This document shows positions 36,078-49,888 of a DNA stretch of 64,000 nt, piece after piece. The stretch lies in the NCBI RefSeq assembly GCF_009914755.1, contig NC_060928.1. The stretch is one strand, 5' to 3'. The stretch comes from the human T2T-CHM13v2.0 reference genome, Homo sapiens. The position numbers were made by a program, and so were the translations under genes. Position 1 is the first letter of the stretch; every line of letters begins with the position of its first letter. Below the pieces are notes generated by a model. That model had not been told where the DNA came from. It saw only the letters and a list, made by a program, of their open reading frames with translations, and did no database searches.

Positions 36078-37526
36078 ATGATCTTGTATCAGTCAGCTTT
36101 GCTAAATCGTTTTATAAGTTCTAGTGATGTATCTGCAGATTCTGTTGGGCTTTGTGTGTAGGTAATCACATCATCTGCATATGATGGCAGTGTGTTCCTC
36201 CCTTTCCAATCCAGTACTTCCTATGCATTTTTCTTATCTTATTCTATTCATCCTGGTGACGAATTTGAGAAATAGACATGATATTCCTTTATCTCGTACT
36301 CGCTTCTATGGGAGATGCTGTGTAAAGTTTTTCTAATAAATAGTGATGTTGCTGTCAGTCTTTAAATAGGTAGCTTTTGATCAAGTTAAGAAAATGTTCT
36401 GTCCATTACTAGTTTTCTGAGAGTTTAAACAATAAATAGAGATCCAGTGCTATCAAATCCTTTTTTAATCTGTACAGATAATCATGCAATTCTTCCCCTC
36501 TAGTCCATTCACGAGGTAAATCATGTCAATAGATTTTTCTGATGTTGAACCATCTTTGCATTCCTGAAATAAACCTATTTGATAATGATTTTTAGAAACA
36601 TACACTTGGGGTTGGTTGGTTATATTTTATTTATAATTTTTTTATTGAAAGGCCTTACAATTGTCTTTTCTGATTTTGGAATAAGAGTGTTGCTTGCCCA
36701 TAAAATGAGGTGCAGGACATTTCTTTTTTTTCTGTTCTCTGGAAGAGTTTGCATGAGAAATAATTTCTCTTTCTTGAAGATTTTTAGTGGGGAATTATTT
36801 GTTTTCCATTTCAATTTCTTTCTTTTTCTCATTTCAATTTTCAATAGCTAATGGATATTAGTCTTTTACATTTTCTGTTTACTGTGGTGTCAATTTGGTA
36901 CTTTATATTTTTACAGAAATGTATTCGTTTTATTTGGGCTTTCTGAATATATTAGTGTATAGTCATTCATAATTTTCCCTTCATTATTTTTGCCATTATT
37001 TTCCATTTTTATTCTATATTTACTTTGCTTCTTCTCTCCTTTGTCATCAGTATTGCCTGTCTTATTATATTTACAAGGTCCAGTTTTAACTTTGAAAATC
37101 TTCTCTGACTTTTTAATGTTAAAAATGTTTTCTATTTCACTGATTTCTGCTTTTTCTTTATTTACATCTTGTTTCCTTAGCTATATCTTTAGTTCTTTTT
37201 CTAGCCTATTGAGTTAAATGCTTTGCTTATTTATTTTTGACTTTTGTTTGTATTCTGATAAGTTTATTCAAAATCACAATTTTTTTTCTCTAGGTACTGC
37301 TTTGGGTATGTCTCACAGCTCCTGACACACAGAGCTTTAAATGTTGTATAATTTCTTTATGATTTTTCCCTTAACCAGGGGTATTCAGTACTTATGATTT
37401 TTCTTCCCAGATATCTGGACTTTCCTTTTTTTTACAATTCTTTTATTTATTGTATTGCATTATAGTGAAAGGATACAGTCTTTATTATGCCAATTCTTTG
37501 AAATTTATCACATTTTCTTTTGTGGC

Positions 37527-37926
37527 TGAAATAAGCAGCCCGACTCCATTTTTTGATGTCTGGCTGCCAACAGCTTTTAAGTGTCCCTCCCTTTTCTCCT
37601 GTGCCCCACATCTGGACAAGCTGATAAGAAAGCCCGGGTGCTCCCTCATTTGATGCTGGTGGGGAATTCAAACCACAAAAGGCCCTGCCTGCACATGAAA
37701 ACTCTCACCCAGGTCCAGCCCTGAACCACAATAAAAACCTTTCCATTCCTTGCTCTCTCAAGCCATTCTTGACCTGCTTGGGAGGCGTGCCCTGCTCTCC
37801 TCAGAGACCTCAGTTATGCAAACAATCCAAACCATTTCAAGCCCTGTTGGTGTGTATGTGTGAAGCCATCCGTTCCCAATATTTGAAACAAATTTTGGGT
37901 AGGTTGCCTCTGAAGGTGACCATACA
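37527..37926 (+). mobile_element. MER54-like (ERVL) solo LTR
   Basis: gtgccccacatctggacaagctgataagaaagcccgggtgctccctc; TG..CA ends; 5-bp TSD gtggc/gtagc. Confidence 0.75.
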
Positions 37927-38198
37927 GTAGCCTAGCACATGGCCTGTTTTTGTGAATAATAAGTGTGCACAAAAGAAATCTGTATTCTCCATGAGATGTG
38001 TAAACTGATAGATAATAGAGGTAATTCAATTAATTTATTATGCCATTCAAATTAAATAGACTTACTTTTGTATATTTAATCTATTGTTTTATAAGAGGAA
38101 TTTGTCGAAAATTCTAAATAACACAGTTTAGTCATATATTTCTCCTGGTAATATTCTCAGTTGTAGTTTTATATGTTCTAAGACTATATTATTTAATG

Positions 38199-38199
38199 C

Positions 38200-38245
<46 letters not shown>
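38199..38245. repeat. (TA)n microsatellite
   Basis: Directly visible. Confidence 0.97.
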
Positions 38246-38246
<1 letters not shown>

Positions 38247-39274
38247 CATTCTATGTTCTTGGTCTGTTGTTCTTTTGAACTAGTCCCTAATATTCTTCTT
38301 TGTCTTTTGTGATTTTTTGGCCTTATTTCTATTTTGTCTGACATTAGAATTGCTATCCCACATTGCTTTGGGTGTACATATTTGCCTGGTGTATCTCTTT
38401 TCCATCCCTTGATTTTCAATCTTTCTGTGCCCTTTCTCCTTTAAAATGTGTCTTCTCTAAGGAGCATACAGCAGCAGTTTGTTTTTCGTTCAACCTGTGA
38501 GTCTCTACTTTCAGATCATTGAGTCTAACTCATTTACATTTATTGTACTCACTGTTGCATTAGGGTTTATTTCTGCAGGCTGGCCCCCCTCTGGACACAC
38601 TGTGGACTCTGCACTCCGGGACCCGTGATGCACCTAAAGAAGCCAGCCACCCCTGTACTTGCCAGGAATGAAGGAGAGAGAATGCGCATGCACATGTACC
38701 CCATGACATTCCTACAGAGAGTGTTGGCCATGGCATGGTAAGCTCTGCCAGGATGGGGTGGCAGTCAGTCTTGTTTCCCACAGCAACTGCAACACCCCAC
38801 ACAAGGCCCACCTGCACATCAAATACCCTAGTTCATGTTATTGTGAGTGGACAAAGGAATAGGTAGGTCCTGGTTCCTTCTGAGCACATGGTCTGGCCTG
38901 AGGCCCTACCCTACTTTCAGCTCCTTCTGGGTGTGAGTTTGGGATCCATCCAGGGGCCTGGGAGTCCCTGGAGGGAAAGCATGACCCAGAGAGGGATCTT
39001 AGCAGCAGAAGGAAACCCAGAGACCCTGAGCTGAGGGACTCCCCAGAGGGCCGCAGGAGGTCACCCTCCAGGGCTCCTCCTTCCTTTACAAATTGGGAAG
39101 CTCCACCCCGAAGGCCAGCTGCCCACCCCTTTCTGGCTGCTGACACAAGTTTTGGGGGCCTCCTTCTTGGGTGCAGGGTAGAAAGAGAAGACTTTAAATA
39201 CAGTGAAACGGGAGAGTGGATATTTAAGCCCAAAGCAGTCGGTCACCCCAGACCACAGGCTGAGCCCAGCACCA

Positions 39275-39512
39275 TACGGCTGGATGATAAATGGATGCTA
39301 TTTTTAAAGAGAGACGCTGCTAAGATCGTTTCTATTTGTTCTGTGGGGTTTGTCGGGCCGCTGTGCCTACGTGTTAATGCAGCTCTCTGAGGAAGATAAA
39401 CTGGAGAGGCTGAGCTCTGAACCCACCTGATACCATCAAACACCCCAGGGAAAAAAAAATGCCACGTAATAATCTCGTGAAGGTTTTCTAAATTAAGACC
39501 AAACAGATGACC
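39275..39512. promoter_or_regulatory. AT-rich island, candidate enhancer
   Basis: TGATAAATGG (39285), MEF2-type CTATTTTTAA (39298-39307), ACAGATG E-box (39503). Confidence 0.55.
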
Positions 39513-40690
39513 GGCTGTGCACGGCGCGTACCAGCCACGTCCACACGCGGCCCCATCAGTCTCCGTGGGCGGAGCGAGGGCTCCGGGAGGCAGCGTCAGA
39601 GCGCGCAGGCCTGGAGGGCGCGAGGCCGAGACCACACAGATTACCCCCAAAGTCCCGGAGGGGCAGGGCCCAAGCCCAGGATTCCTGAGCAAGGCCGAGG
39701 GGGCCAGGGGGCAGGATCCCGGAGGCTGGGGGGCGCTGCGGTTCTTCCTGGGGGAAAACGGGCAGGAGAGGGGCCCTAGGGCTCCCGGGCGCCGGCCACA
39801 CCCAGGGGCCCCCGACACGCGGTTCTGCACCCCCTGCCCAGCCCCTCTCCTGGGCCAAGCCAGGGTGAGCCCAGGGCCGTGACACTGGAGAGCCTGGAAG
39901 CCTGGGGATGGGAGGGCAGGATCTTCACAGCATGGAAGGAAGGAGGTGATTGAGGCCTGGGTGGAAGGAGCAGGAGGGAACAGAGTTCGCCGCAGAGCCC
40001 AGGCAGCCCCTGCCATCGCTGCCCACAGGGAGGAGAGGCGGCCGCGGGGGCGCCTGAGTGGGCGCCGGGCACCACGTCCCACCCGCACACGCCTGGAGCC
40101 CCCCAGACACGGGCCCCGCAGGAGGGGCGTCTGCAGGGCACATGGCCGAGGTCCTGGCTGCGGGGCCCGGGGCCGCTCACACCCTGCCCGGCTAGCCTAT
40201 GGCAACGGAACCGGCCCTGATTCGGGCAGCTGCTGCCCCATCCCAGCCCAGCTGGGTCACTTTCTCCCCAGTGCCCAGGGCCGAGGGCCCATGCGGAGCA
40301 CGAGCGGGCGCAGCAGAGGGTCGGGCGTTCTCCGCCGGCGGGGACACAGGCGTCCTGTGCGGGAGCCGGTGGCGGCCAGAGAGGCACCAGGTCCTGGGTC
40401 GGGGGCCGGGGGCATCTGAGCCTTCCCGACACCGGCCTCGCGGGTCCAGGGCTTGGCCCAGGCGCCTGGTCTGCAACCCAGACGTTTGGAGTCAGCAGAG
40501 GCACCCACGTCCCCGCGCGCCCGCAGGAGGGAAGCCGGCGCGGCAGGTGCGCTCAGCCCAGGCCAGGGGAGGCTGGACCGCGGCCCGGAGCCACGCCAGG
40601 GCCCCTCCGAGTAGGGTGAGCTCAGGCCCAGGGCCGCCCCTGACAGTCGCCCCGCGCCCCACGCCCCAACCCGGCTCCCCCCTCGGTAGA
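39513..40690. promoter_or_regulatory. CpG island (orphan-type)
   Basis: Visibly high GC and CpG density; not computed. Confidence 0.72.
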
Positions 40691-41145
40691 TCAATAGCTT
40701 TGGAAATCTGAAAAGAGCCCAAACAAAGAAGTGGGCTTGTAAGTATCCAGCTTGTATCAGCTGATAAATGGTCCCCTCTTTAAGGGACTTATCTCTTTAG
40801 GGCTTGCGGGATGAGGGATGGCGTCATTTGTCCTGGACGCTCGTCTGGACCAGCCAGGCCGGATCTATTTAAAAGATAGCGCGATACTGTCGACAGCAAT
40901 AGACAGGGTAATTGCAGAGCGGCTGCCGGGGTATAAATTACACGGCTCTAAGTGGTGGAGTGGCCGCGGGAGACTGGAGAAATTCCTGACAATTCACTTG
41001 TCCCTCTGCCCTGCCGCCAGCTTATCACGGGCCAGCAGAAGACGCGCGCTCGGGTGAAAAAATTAAGTATTGATCAAATTAACAGTTTTTACTGATCTTT
41101 TTAAGGGAGAAAAGGAGTGCAACAATTAAATTTAGAACACAAAGG
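40688..41145. promoter_or_regulatory. AT-rich island, candidate enhancer
   Basis: Palindrome TATCAGCTGATA (40755-40766), TGATAAATGG (40762), CTTATC x2, aattaa x3. Confidence 0.65.
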
Positions 41146-41597
41146 ACGGGGCAGGGTAACTCTTGACCCTGCGTGGCAAAGTCTGTGACACCAACAAGCA
41201 CGAAATACGGTCTAGGGCAGGGCGGCGTTGCGGAAGGCCGACCCGAGGGAGAGCAGGGGCCGCTGGGGGCAGCTCCCGGGGCCAAGGGTGAGCAGAGACC
41301 GCTGCAGGGAGGGGCGCCGCGGGCCCCAGGTCCCCCCAGGCTGCCAGCAGGGCAGCCAAGCCGGAGCCTCCTCTGCGAGGTCCCTGAGCCGCTTCTGGGC
41401 AGATTCCCTCCTTCCCTTGGGAGCCAGCAGCGGCCCCGCCTCCAGCGGCCCCACATAGCAGGAGGCAGGATGGACAGGTAAACCGATTCACAGGTCACCA
41501 GGTCAGGGCTCAGCCTGGAAGACTTCCTGGAGGTGGAAGAAGGGGAGGGACCCAGCACCTGCCCCAGCCTGTGTCCCCTTCTCCTTGTGGGGGGACC

Positions 41598-41700
41598 CTG
41601 GGCAGGATCTAACAATCCCCAGCCTCAGTTTCCCCTCATGAAAAAAGGATGATAGAGGCACTGCCCCCCGGGGTATACAAGCAGGTACAAAAGGCACCCC
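41598..41700 (+). mobile_element. MIR fragment
   Basis: ctgggcagg...agcctcagtttcccctcatgaaaaaaggatgata. Confidence 0.6.
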
Positions 41701-41800
41701 CCACGGTGGGGGTATTACTGTCATCATGATTATTTTGGGTTCTCTTCTCTATCTTCTTTTCAAAAATCTGGTAATGTGGATCTATGCTTTAATAGTTTTA

Positions 41801-42093
41801 GGCCAGGTGCAGTGGCTCACACCTGTAATCCCAGCACTTTGGGAGACCAAGGCAGGCAGATTGCTTGGGGTTGGGAGTTGGAGAACAGCCTGGGCAACAT
41901 AGGGAGACTCCATTTCTGCAAAAATGCAAAAGTTAGCCGGGTGTGGTGGCTCCACACATGTAGTCCCAGCTACTCAGGAGGCTGAGACAGGAGGATCACT
42001 TGAGTGTAGGAGTTGGAGGCTGCAGTGAGCCGTGATGGTGCCACTGCACTTCAGCCTGGGCAACAGAGCAAGACCCTGTCTCTTAAAAAAAAA
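41801..42093 (+). mobile_element. AluJ-like
   Basis: Full dimer; gaggatcacttgag...gaggctgcagtgagccgtgat. Confidence 0.93.
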
Positions 42094-43559
42094 TGTGTAA
42101 GGTGCTTAAGTTTTACAAAGTTCACATTGCCTTCATAATATGCATTGCCGCCAGGAAGGAGCTCTCGGGTGTGGAGGGGGAAGTCTGTTCCTTCTGCAGA
42201 CTGCCGGCCCCAGGCAAAGCCGTGCACAGGCCCACTGGGCCATCTGCCACCCCATCCCCCCACAGGATGGAGACACAGCTTGCTCATCGGGGACCAACCA
42301 AAGCACCATGGGACCCAGCCAGTGCCAGCATGCCAGGGACGGGGAGGCACAGATTCCAGCTCCCACAGGAGTCAGAGGACAGGGAAGCCGCAGCCACTGA
42401 AAGGACAGAAACGCACAACTGGTCCCTCTGCCCACAGGGACCCCCGCCCACCTCCAGGCTCTGGACGGCCACAGGGCCCCAGCAGCAGGGGTGCAAGAAG
42501 GCGGGCAGCAGGAGCCCCACCAGCCCCTCTTTGTACAGACGCTGCCATGGTCCTGCGTGGCCATTGGACAGTGGCCAGGACAGGCTCCCCACATCCTGGC
42601 GCCCTGCTGACCCTCCCAGGCTTTTGTCTATTGAAGGCTGAGAAGGGGCATGCAGAGGCTGGGGGTCCACCACAGGCCGGGGACAGCAGGGCTGCCCCAC
42701 CCCTAGGCTTGGTGGTGCTGGGCACATCAGAAACCACTGACACTACGTGGCTGGTGGGGTGGGGCTGGGGTTGGTGGGAGCCCTGGGAAGTCACCACTGG
42801 TATAAATCGTGGCACAGACGGCAGACAAAAAAACAGCACCAAGCAGCCCTTGTCCTGTGCACAGACCCCTCCTGACACTGCAAAGCCTGGCAGGACACTT
42901 GGAGCTTACCCAGCACCGCGGGAAGCGCCAGCACACAGCTCCCAGGAGCCAGGCCCGGTCCCCAGTCCAGCCGGGCAGAGAGGAAGCAGCAGAATTGCAA
43001 CTCAGTCCAGGCACCAGCTCTGATGTGTTGAGAGGCCTCAGGTAGGCCCATCTGTGGTCTACTGGGGCCCTTTGTCTCTTCCTCTCTTGTGCTGTCAGAG
43101 GAGAGTCCCACCCCAGAGGCCAGTCTGATCCTCTCTGTGGTGCAGGTGCTCAGTGATGGTCCACAGGACCGGGTGTGACCCCTGGTCACTGTCTGCCCAA
43201 GGCACGGCTGAGCTCAATGGGGACCAGCACCACCATCTTGAGACGTGGGGCCACAAGAGTGGCCGTCCAGCCTCTGCTGCCTCTCCCTGCTGATGTGGCC
43301 CATGAGGGTCCCTGCTCCTGCGCTGGGCAAAAAGTGCACACAGAGACAGAGGGACGAGGGGAGGGTTGGCTCCAAGGCCACTACCAGGCCACACCCACAG
43401 AATCACCAGGCCACCTCCAGGGACCATGCATGGTCTGGTGGGGGCTGAGTTCTGACTCACATCCTCGCAGCACAGGGCCAGGCTGAGGGACGCTGGGCTG
43501 GCAGGTCCCCTCTACATAATTCCATGCTGTCCGGATTTTTTATTATAGCCACGTATTGT

Positions 43560-43900
43560 TTTCAATTAAACTTTTTACTTTGAGAAAATTGTAGTTTCAC
43601 ATACAGTTATGAGAAACAACACAAAGAGATCCAGTGCGCCCCCACCCACCCTCCCCCAAAGGTACCCTCTTGCCAAGCTGTGGCCAGTGTCACCGCCCAA
43701 CGCTGGCTACACCGTCCAGATGTGGGCGCTGTTCCCACCTCAAGGACCCTCCTGGCCCTCCACTGCCCACCACACCACCCGATCCAGACACCACTCATCT
43801 GCCCTCCATTTCCACAGCTGTGTCACTGCAGGCATGCCCTCTACGGGGACCAGATGGAAGGGCACCTTCAGGGACTGGCTCTTTCACTCACACGGTGTCC
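43560..43900 (-). mobile_element. L1MC1/2-like 3' end, GC-shifted
   Basis: ttttactttgagaaaattgtagtttcacatacagttatgagaaacaacacaaagagatcc...cccccaaaggtaccctcttgc. Confidence 0.72.
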
Positions 43901-44010
43901 GCCCGCCGCGGGCTGCTGTGGCCTCCACCGAGGCCGTGCCACACGGTACATGCGGGTTGCTTCCAGATTCCCAACTGTACTTCTCCCATGAAACTTCCTT
44001 TAAAAGGGGG

Positions 44011-44162
44011 AAAGACAGAGAGAGAGAGAGACAGAGACAGAGACAAGGGGAGAGACAGAGACAAGGGGAGAGACAGAGATGGGGAAGAGACAGAGACAGA
44101 GTGGGGAGAGACAGAGACAGTGGGAGAGAGAGACAGAGGGAGAAACGGAGGAGAGGGAGACA
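44011..44162. repeat. (GAGACA/GA)n simple repeat
   Basis: Directly visible. Confidence 0.93.
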
Positions 44163-44954
44163 GCCCCTGGCAGGTGGGAAAGGCCCCCGGGGGCTCGCCC
44201 TGGGCAGCTCCGCACCCTCCTCGGGGCCTCCCTCCAGCATCGCATCTCCCCTACTTCAACGTCCAGGCCACCAAGGCTCCGAGAGGGGACAGGCAGCTCC
44301 TCTGGCATCTCTGGATCCAGTGGGGCAGGGCCTTCTTTTCCCTCACTGGGACTCCAGCCTCTTCCCACAGGCCTGGGCTCCCCAGACACCAAGGGCATCT
44401 GGAGAACACAGACACCGGGCACCCCTGGGCTCCAGCCAGACATCGGCAGGGCCCTCAGCCGCCTGGCTCTCTATCAGGGGTCCCCCTCGAGGGTCCCCTC
44501 ACTCCCCTGCCTCTGCTCCTCCCCCCACCACTGCCCATCCTAAACTCAAACCCAGCAGAACCCCACCGGCCCGACACAGCTTGAGGTGAGGGGAGCCCTG
44601 AGGACTGCCCCGTGCCCCCACGTCTACCCCCAACTCAGACCCCACAGCAAACACGCACTGGGGGACCAGGTTCTTCCTCGGGGCCAGGCAGGAGCCCAGG
44701 AACCATGCTGCTGGGCCCAGGGCCCTGGAGAGCCACACACCCCACACAGGTGTGCCCCCTGCCTGCTCCAGACCCCCAGCCCCTCCCTCAGAACTGACCC
44801 AGCACAGTGTGGGTCCCTAAACAGTCCCAAGTTCCTGAGAGGGGAAGTCAAACCCTCCGGGGCCCCCCAACAGTGCCTCCTGCCCCATCCAGCCCTATGT
44901 GGCTGCAGGGAGCACCTGGGTGGTACAGCCCATCGTCCCAAAGAACTGAGGACC

Positions 44955-45262
<308 letters not shown>

Positions 45263-45794
45263 TCATGGGAACCCCAGGACTGTTCTAAAAGAAACACCTG
45301 GAAGGTGCCCTTTGAGAGCCAAGCTGCATCCCCAGGCCCAGCCGAAGGCCACTGCTGCTGCCTACGTACCCCCTTTGTGAGCCCCTAGGGGCCCAGCCCC
45401 TTCTTGCCCCTTCTCCGGCTGTGGGGAGGTAAGTGGGAGAAGATTCTGGGAGAAAAACAGCTCCACCGAGGCCCTGGGCGGTGGGGAAGGCACAGCGGAC
45501 TGCCTGCTCTGATCCGAGGCCTGCAGCCGCAGCTGCATGGAGTGTGCGGGAAAAACGTGGGGCCAACTCCAAACGCTGCGCCTTCCGCCAGGCCCTTGGC
45601 CCGGAGGGGCACGGACGGGAGCCAGGACCCCCACTCTGGTTGAGGGGCTGCCTGGATCTGTTTCCTCAAAGCAGAGGCTGACGGGGGCCGCAATCCCCAA
45701 ACAATGAGGCTGAGAAAGGAAGTGGGTAAGACAGCCACGTTGGCACTCCCAGAGCGGCCACAGAAGCAGTTCTGCAGGCAGCACGTCCCTCAGG

Positions 45795-46210
45795 AGACGA
45801 TTTTTAAGCGTGAAGAATTGCTGTCGTCCGATCCTTCTGGAACGCACCCCCTCCCGGTTTGATGCCTTTTCTCTGCATAGTAATGTGTCTTTAAAAAAAA
45901 AGAGCCACTGATATATGTTACGAGAAGTGTATCTCTTACACTGAGACAGGACATTTTAATTCCCCGACACCTTTTAGTGATTGCTTCAATTTCCGAAGAT
46001 TTTGATAAAATCATGCGGTTTAAGAGCCGCAGGATGGAGCCCGGCGGGCGGAGCGTAATGAAATGCTGCTGTTTCACAGCCTTCACGTGGCACAGCCCAG
46101 CTCCGGGGCTAATAAATGCTGCGTGATAAATGTTGGAGTCATGATTGTAAAAATATACTTGTAATTGGGTTAATATGCCTTAAAATACTACCCATCAGTT
46201 ATCTTTCTCT
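45795..46210. promoter_or_regulatory. AT-rich island, candidate enhancer
   Basis: GATTTT-gat-AAAATC (45998-46012), TGATAAATG (46124), taattg, taatg, CACGTG. Confidence 0.6.
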
Positions 46211-46302
46211 CTCCTCTCTGTAGCGTGCGCAGGGGTGCGTGCGGGTGCAGCACCGCGTTCCTTCCCCGGCCCGCTTCCCTCCTGGCCTGGCAGACCCTTC
46301 GT

Positions 46303-46570
46303 CACCGAGGCCAGGGGATCCAGGGTGCCGGAGCGCAGGGCCGTCGGCTCCAACCCCGCCTGGTACTTCACCGAGGCCAGGGGATCCAGGGTGCTGGAGC
46401 TCAGGGCCGTCGGCTCCAACCCCGCCCGGGACTTCGCCGAGGCCAGGGGATCCAGGGTGCCGGAGCGCAGGGCCGTCAGCTCCAACCCTGCCTGGTACTT
46501 CACCGAGGCCAGGGGATCCAGGGTGCCGGAGCTCAGGGCCGTCAGCTCCAACAACTCCGCCCGGTACTTG
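46303..46570. repeat. 66-bp CpG-rich minisatellite x4
   Basis: c(a/g)ccgaggccaggggatcc at 46303, 46369, 46435, 46501. Confidence 0.96.
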
Positions 46571-47890
46571 GCCGGAGCAGAAGCACAGTGGGACTCGGGC
46601 CAGCCAGGAGCCCATCGGGGGCAGGGCATGGCACCTGGACCTGAGGGACATCTCGAGTGTTTCGCAGACAAGGAGACAAGGCACAGAGGCCAAATGAGTG
46701 GCCCCAGGCCCCACAGCCACGGGAGCAGCACTGGACAGGAGGCTGGGGAGGCGTGCGGCCTCGTCAGCACAGGTGGAATGCATGAGAAAGAATTGTGCAA
46801 ATAGCACAATTTTCAAGGGTGGGGACTGCCCTCAGCCCGGGGGACCAGAGCACCTCCCCTACCTCTGCAAGAGCCTAGGCGGGCCTTGGCCCAGCCCAGC
46901 CCACCCCGCTTGGCCCTCTGGGAGGCTGCGCCCCCTCACAACACACACATACATACCCACACTAGTCAAACACACGTGCACAGACACCACACACCCCGCC
47001 ACCTGCCAGCCACACGCATACTCACCCCAGACACCTGCACAGGCACTCCGAGTCCCAGTGGGGCCAGTGGCGCTGAGTGTTGGCTCCCAGGAAAGAAAAC
47101 GGCAGGGCAGAGGGTGTGGGCTGCATGGCGCTGTGGCGGTCCCTTGGGGTACTGCCGCCCCTCCCCCTCCTATTTCCTCTCCTCCCCCTCCTCCTCTCCC
47201 TCTCCCTTCCCCTGATGCAGGCCCCACCACGTGTGACCCCCTCTCCCACCTAGGCGAGGCCCCTCCCACTTTTCACTGGGTGCTATGGTTGGGGCACAGG
47301 CCACTTCCCTAATGCAGGGACCACTGAGCAAGTCCTCCCCTCGCCAGAGTCCAGGCACTCAGCTGAGCCGAGGTGGGGGCTGCCTTGCCAGGGATGAGCC
47401 AAGCCCTGCTGCCGGTTTTAGTGTGAGGTGAGCTGAGGGCTGGGGCAGGAGGGGGTGCCCTACTCCAGAAGGGGTCAGAGTTGGGGCTCCTCTGCAGAGG
47501 AGGGCTCTGGCCTGAAGTTGGGGCACGCAGGGGCTGGGTTCACCCCCTCACAGGAGCCTCAGGGTGCCCCTCAAGTCAGCAGGTGGACACGGCAGTTCCC
47601 CAGGCCGAATGAACCAGAAAGCCATGTCTATAGGCAGGTGGGGCCAGGGAGCCACTCTCCCTCTAACCCTCAGCCCCTCCCCTACTGCTGCCCCCAGCGC
47701 AGGGAGGACAGGGCTGCACCAGGAGGCCACCCACCCACCCGAGGCCCTGGCAGGGGCTGGGACCCCACGTGTGCACTGTCCCTGCAGGCCCCACACGGCC
47801 AGGGTGAGCAAGAAAGGCGCCATTGCTGTGGCCGGCACACTGCGGTCCCCATCGGCTTGCCTCCCCTCTGCCCTGCTCCACCTGACCACT

Positions 47891-48051
47891 TCTTTTCTTT
47901 TTCTTTTTCGTTTTTGAGGCAGGATCTTGCTTTGTCGTCCAGGCTGGAGTGCAGTGGTGTGATCACAGCTCACGGCAGCCTGGACCTCCCAGGCTCAAGC
48001 GATCCTCCTGCCTCAGCCTCCCCGGCTCAGGCAATCCCCCTGCACCCAGCC
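47891..48051 (-). mobile_element. Alu monomer (FRAM/AluJ-like)
   Basis: caggctggagtgcagtggtgtgatcacagctcac; flanking duplication ctgaccacttc. Confidence 0.88.
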
Positions 48052-48799
48052 CTGACCACTTCCCTGTCGCTGTGTCTTCCATCTTAGCATCTGTACCACT
48101 GCATCCTCTGCGGGGCAAGTGCGGGTTCGGAGGAGACGGCTCCTGTCAGGCCCAGGCTGTTAGGCTCGACGTCTGGGACATGGCGACCAGCCCTGCCCCA
48201 GGGCCCAGCCCTGGAGGGAGGGGCCGAGAAGCTCAAGGCTCCTAGAACAGCAGGCAGACGCCCCCCAGGGCCACGCCCAGGGCCAGCTGTCTTGAGGCCT
48301 CCATCTCAAGAGCCCTCCTGCCCAGCCCTGCCCCAGCTGCCACAGTGGAGGTGGGGGTGGGGGTTGGGACAGTCCTCCAGACCCTGTCCGCTGAGTCAGG
48401 CCCCCACCTCCTCCCAGGCTGCCAACGGGCAGGGCCAGAGACCTCCCAGGGGACCCCTGGAGCCGCAACAGGTCGGACACCCACCTGGGTCCCCCATGCA
48501 GGAAAAACCTGCACTTTCCTGGGCACTGCTTTCCGGGGGCCCCCCGTACAGTGGGGACACCAGGCAGCGGCCTCGCCCTTCCAGCTGCTCTTCCGGACAC
48601 ACCACCCTCAAGGGCCCATCTGTCCACCGTTCACACAGGCCAGGGCTGAGCAGTCAGGGCGTGGCGGGAGGAGCTCCATGGGACCCGGCCCCTGTCATCC
48701 CAGCTCCTAGGCCTCCTCCTGCACCCACCTGTGCCTTGCTGCCCCTCCCGGGTGCACTGCGCCCCCCAGCCCCCACCTGGAAAGTCTGCAGAACAGGCT

Positions 48800-48883
48800 G
48801 CGCCCCATTTGCCATGCGCCCCATCTGCCATGCGCCCCATCTGCCATGCGCCCCATCTGCCATGCACCCCATCTGCCATGCCC
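48800..48883. repeat. 16-bp tandem repeat gcgccccatctgccat x5
   Basis: Units start at 48800, 48816, 48832, 48848, 48864. Confidence 0.95.
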
Positions 48884-49154
48884 AACCCTCAAGGCCTGCC
48901 AGGATCACCCATTCCCCAGGAGCAACATTTGTCTCTCCTGCCCTCCCCTGGCACCCCCTGCCCCTGGGCTGTGAGCTCCTTGGGGAGAGGATGTGTCCCT
49001 CCTGGGGGCCCTAAGCTATGGCAGGGCCTGGCACGTGGGCTGCCTGACCCAAAGTGCCCGATGGGGACTAGGTGCCAAACTAGACGGGTGGCCAATCCAG
49101 CTAGAGCGAGGCTGGGGGAGGGGGGATGGGCGGCCAGTCCAGCTTGTGTGGGGC

Positions 49155-49302
49155 CTGGGGAGGTGGGCCAGGGGAGGTGGGACGGTGGAGGTGGGCCGGG
49201 GGAGATGGGATGGGGGAGGTGGGACAGTGGAGGTGGGCCGGGGGAGGTAGGACGGGGGAGGTGGGATGGTGGAGGTGGGCCGGGGGAGATGGGACGGTGG
49301 GT
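49155..49302 (+). repeat. G-rich repeat, G-quadruplex potential
   Basis: ggaggtgggccgggggag(a/g)tgggac units with many G3+ runs. Confidence 0.88.
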
Positions 49303-49659
49303 GTCACCTTGGCGTGCCAGGGCACCAGGGCTGGTTCATGGTGGTGCCGGCGGCTACACCCAGGACTAGGCCTGCCTCATGCATGGCTGATGGTGTCATC
49401 CACACAGTGGCTGGGCAGAGATGCAGGGGGGCCTGGCATAATTGGATAATTCCATTTTAAGAGATCTGGGGCAAGAAGCCCTGCCGGGGGAGCTGGGCCC
49501 CCACCTCCCAAATTGCCTCCAAATGAAAGTCTGTTTAGGTGGCTGCAGGGGCAGGGGAGGGGCAGTGGGTGCAACACACAGGCAGAGGTGCCGGTCTTGC
49601 CGTCAATTCCCTGGCCAGGAAGGTGGCGACAGGCTGGGGTCTCTGGCCCACACAAAGGC

Positions 49660-49888
49660 TGCGGCAAATGAAATGGTGTCTGCCTGCTTATGTGAAGAGT
49701 GATGAAACTTTAAATGAATCGCTGACCTTTCTGGAATGACAGGTGACCCGAGAGATATCTGAGGTGGGTATCGGCAGCGGCCTCGAAAATTGCTGCTGCT
49801 GCCCGAAAATAAACAATAAGAGAGCAAATGTGGTTTGAAAAATTGACTCGCTTCAAAGCTGGGGGGAGAGAAAGTGAATTATTTCAGG
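49660..49888. promoter_or_regulatory. AT-rich island, candidate enhancer
   Basis: TGACAG (49737), ATAAACAA (49809), TGTGGTTT (49829), CTTCAAAG (49851). Confidence 0.5.

Noticed and set aside
40931-40938. TATA-like GTATAAAT after the CpG island
   Set aside because: No supporting downstream exon or ORF; equally explained as a homeodomain-type site in an AT-rich island
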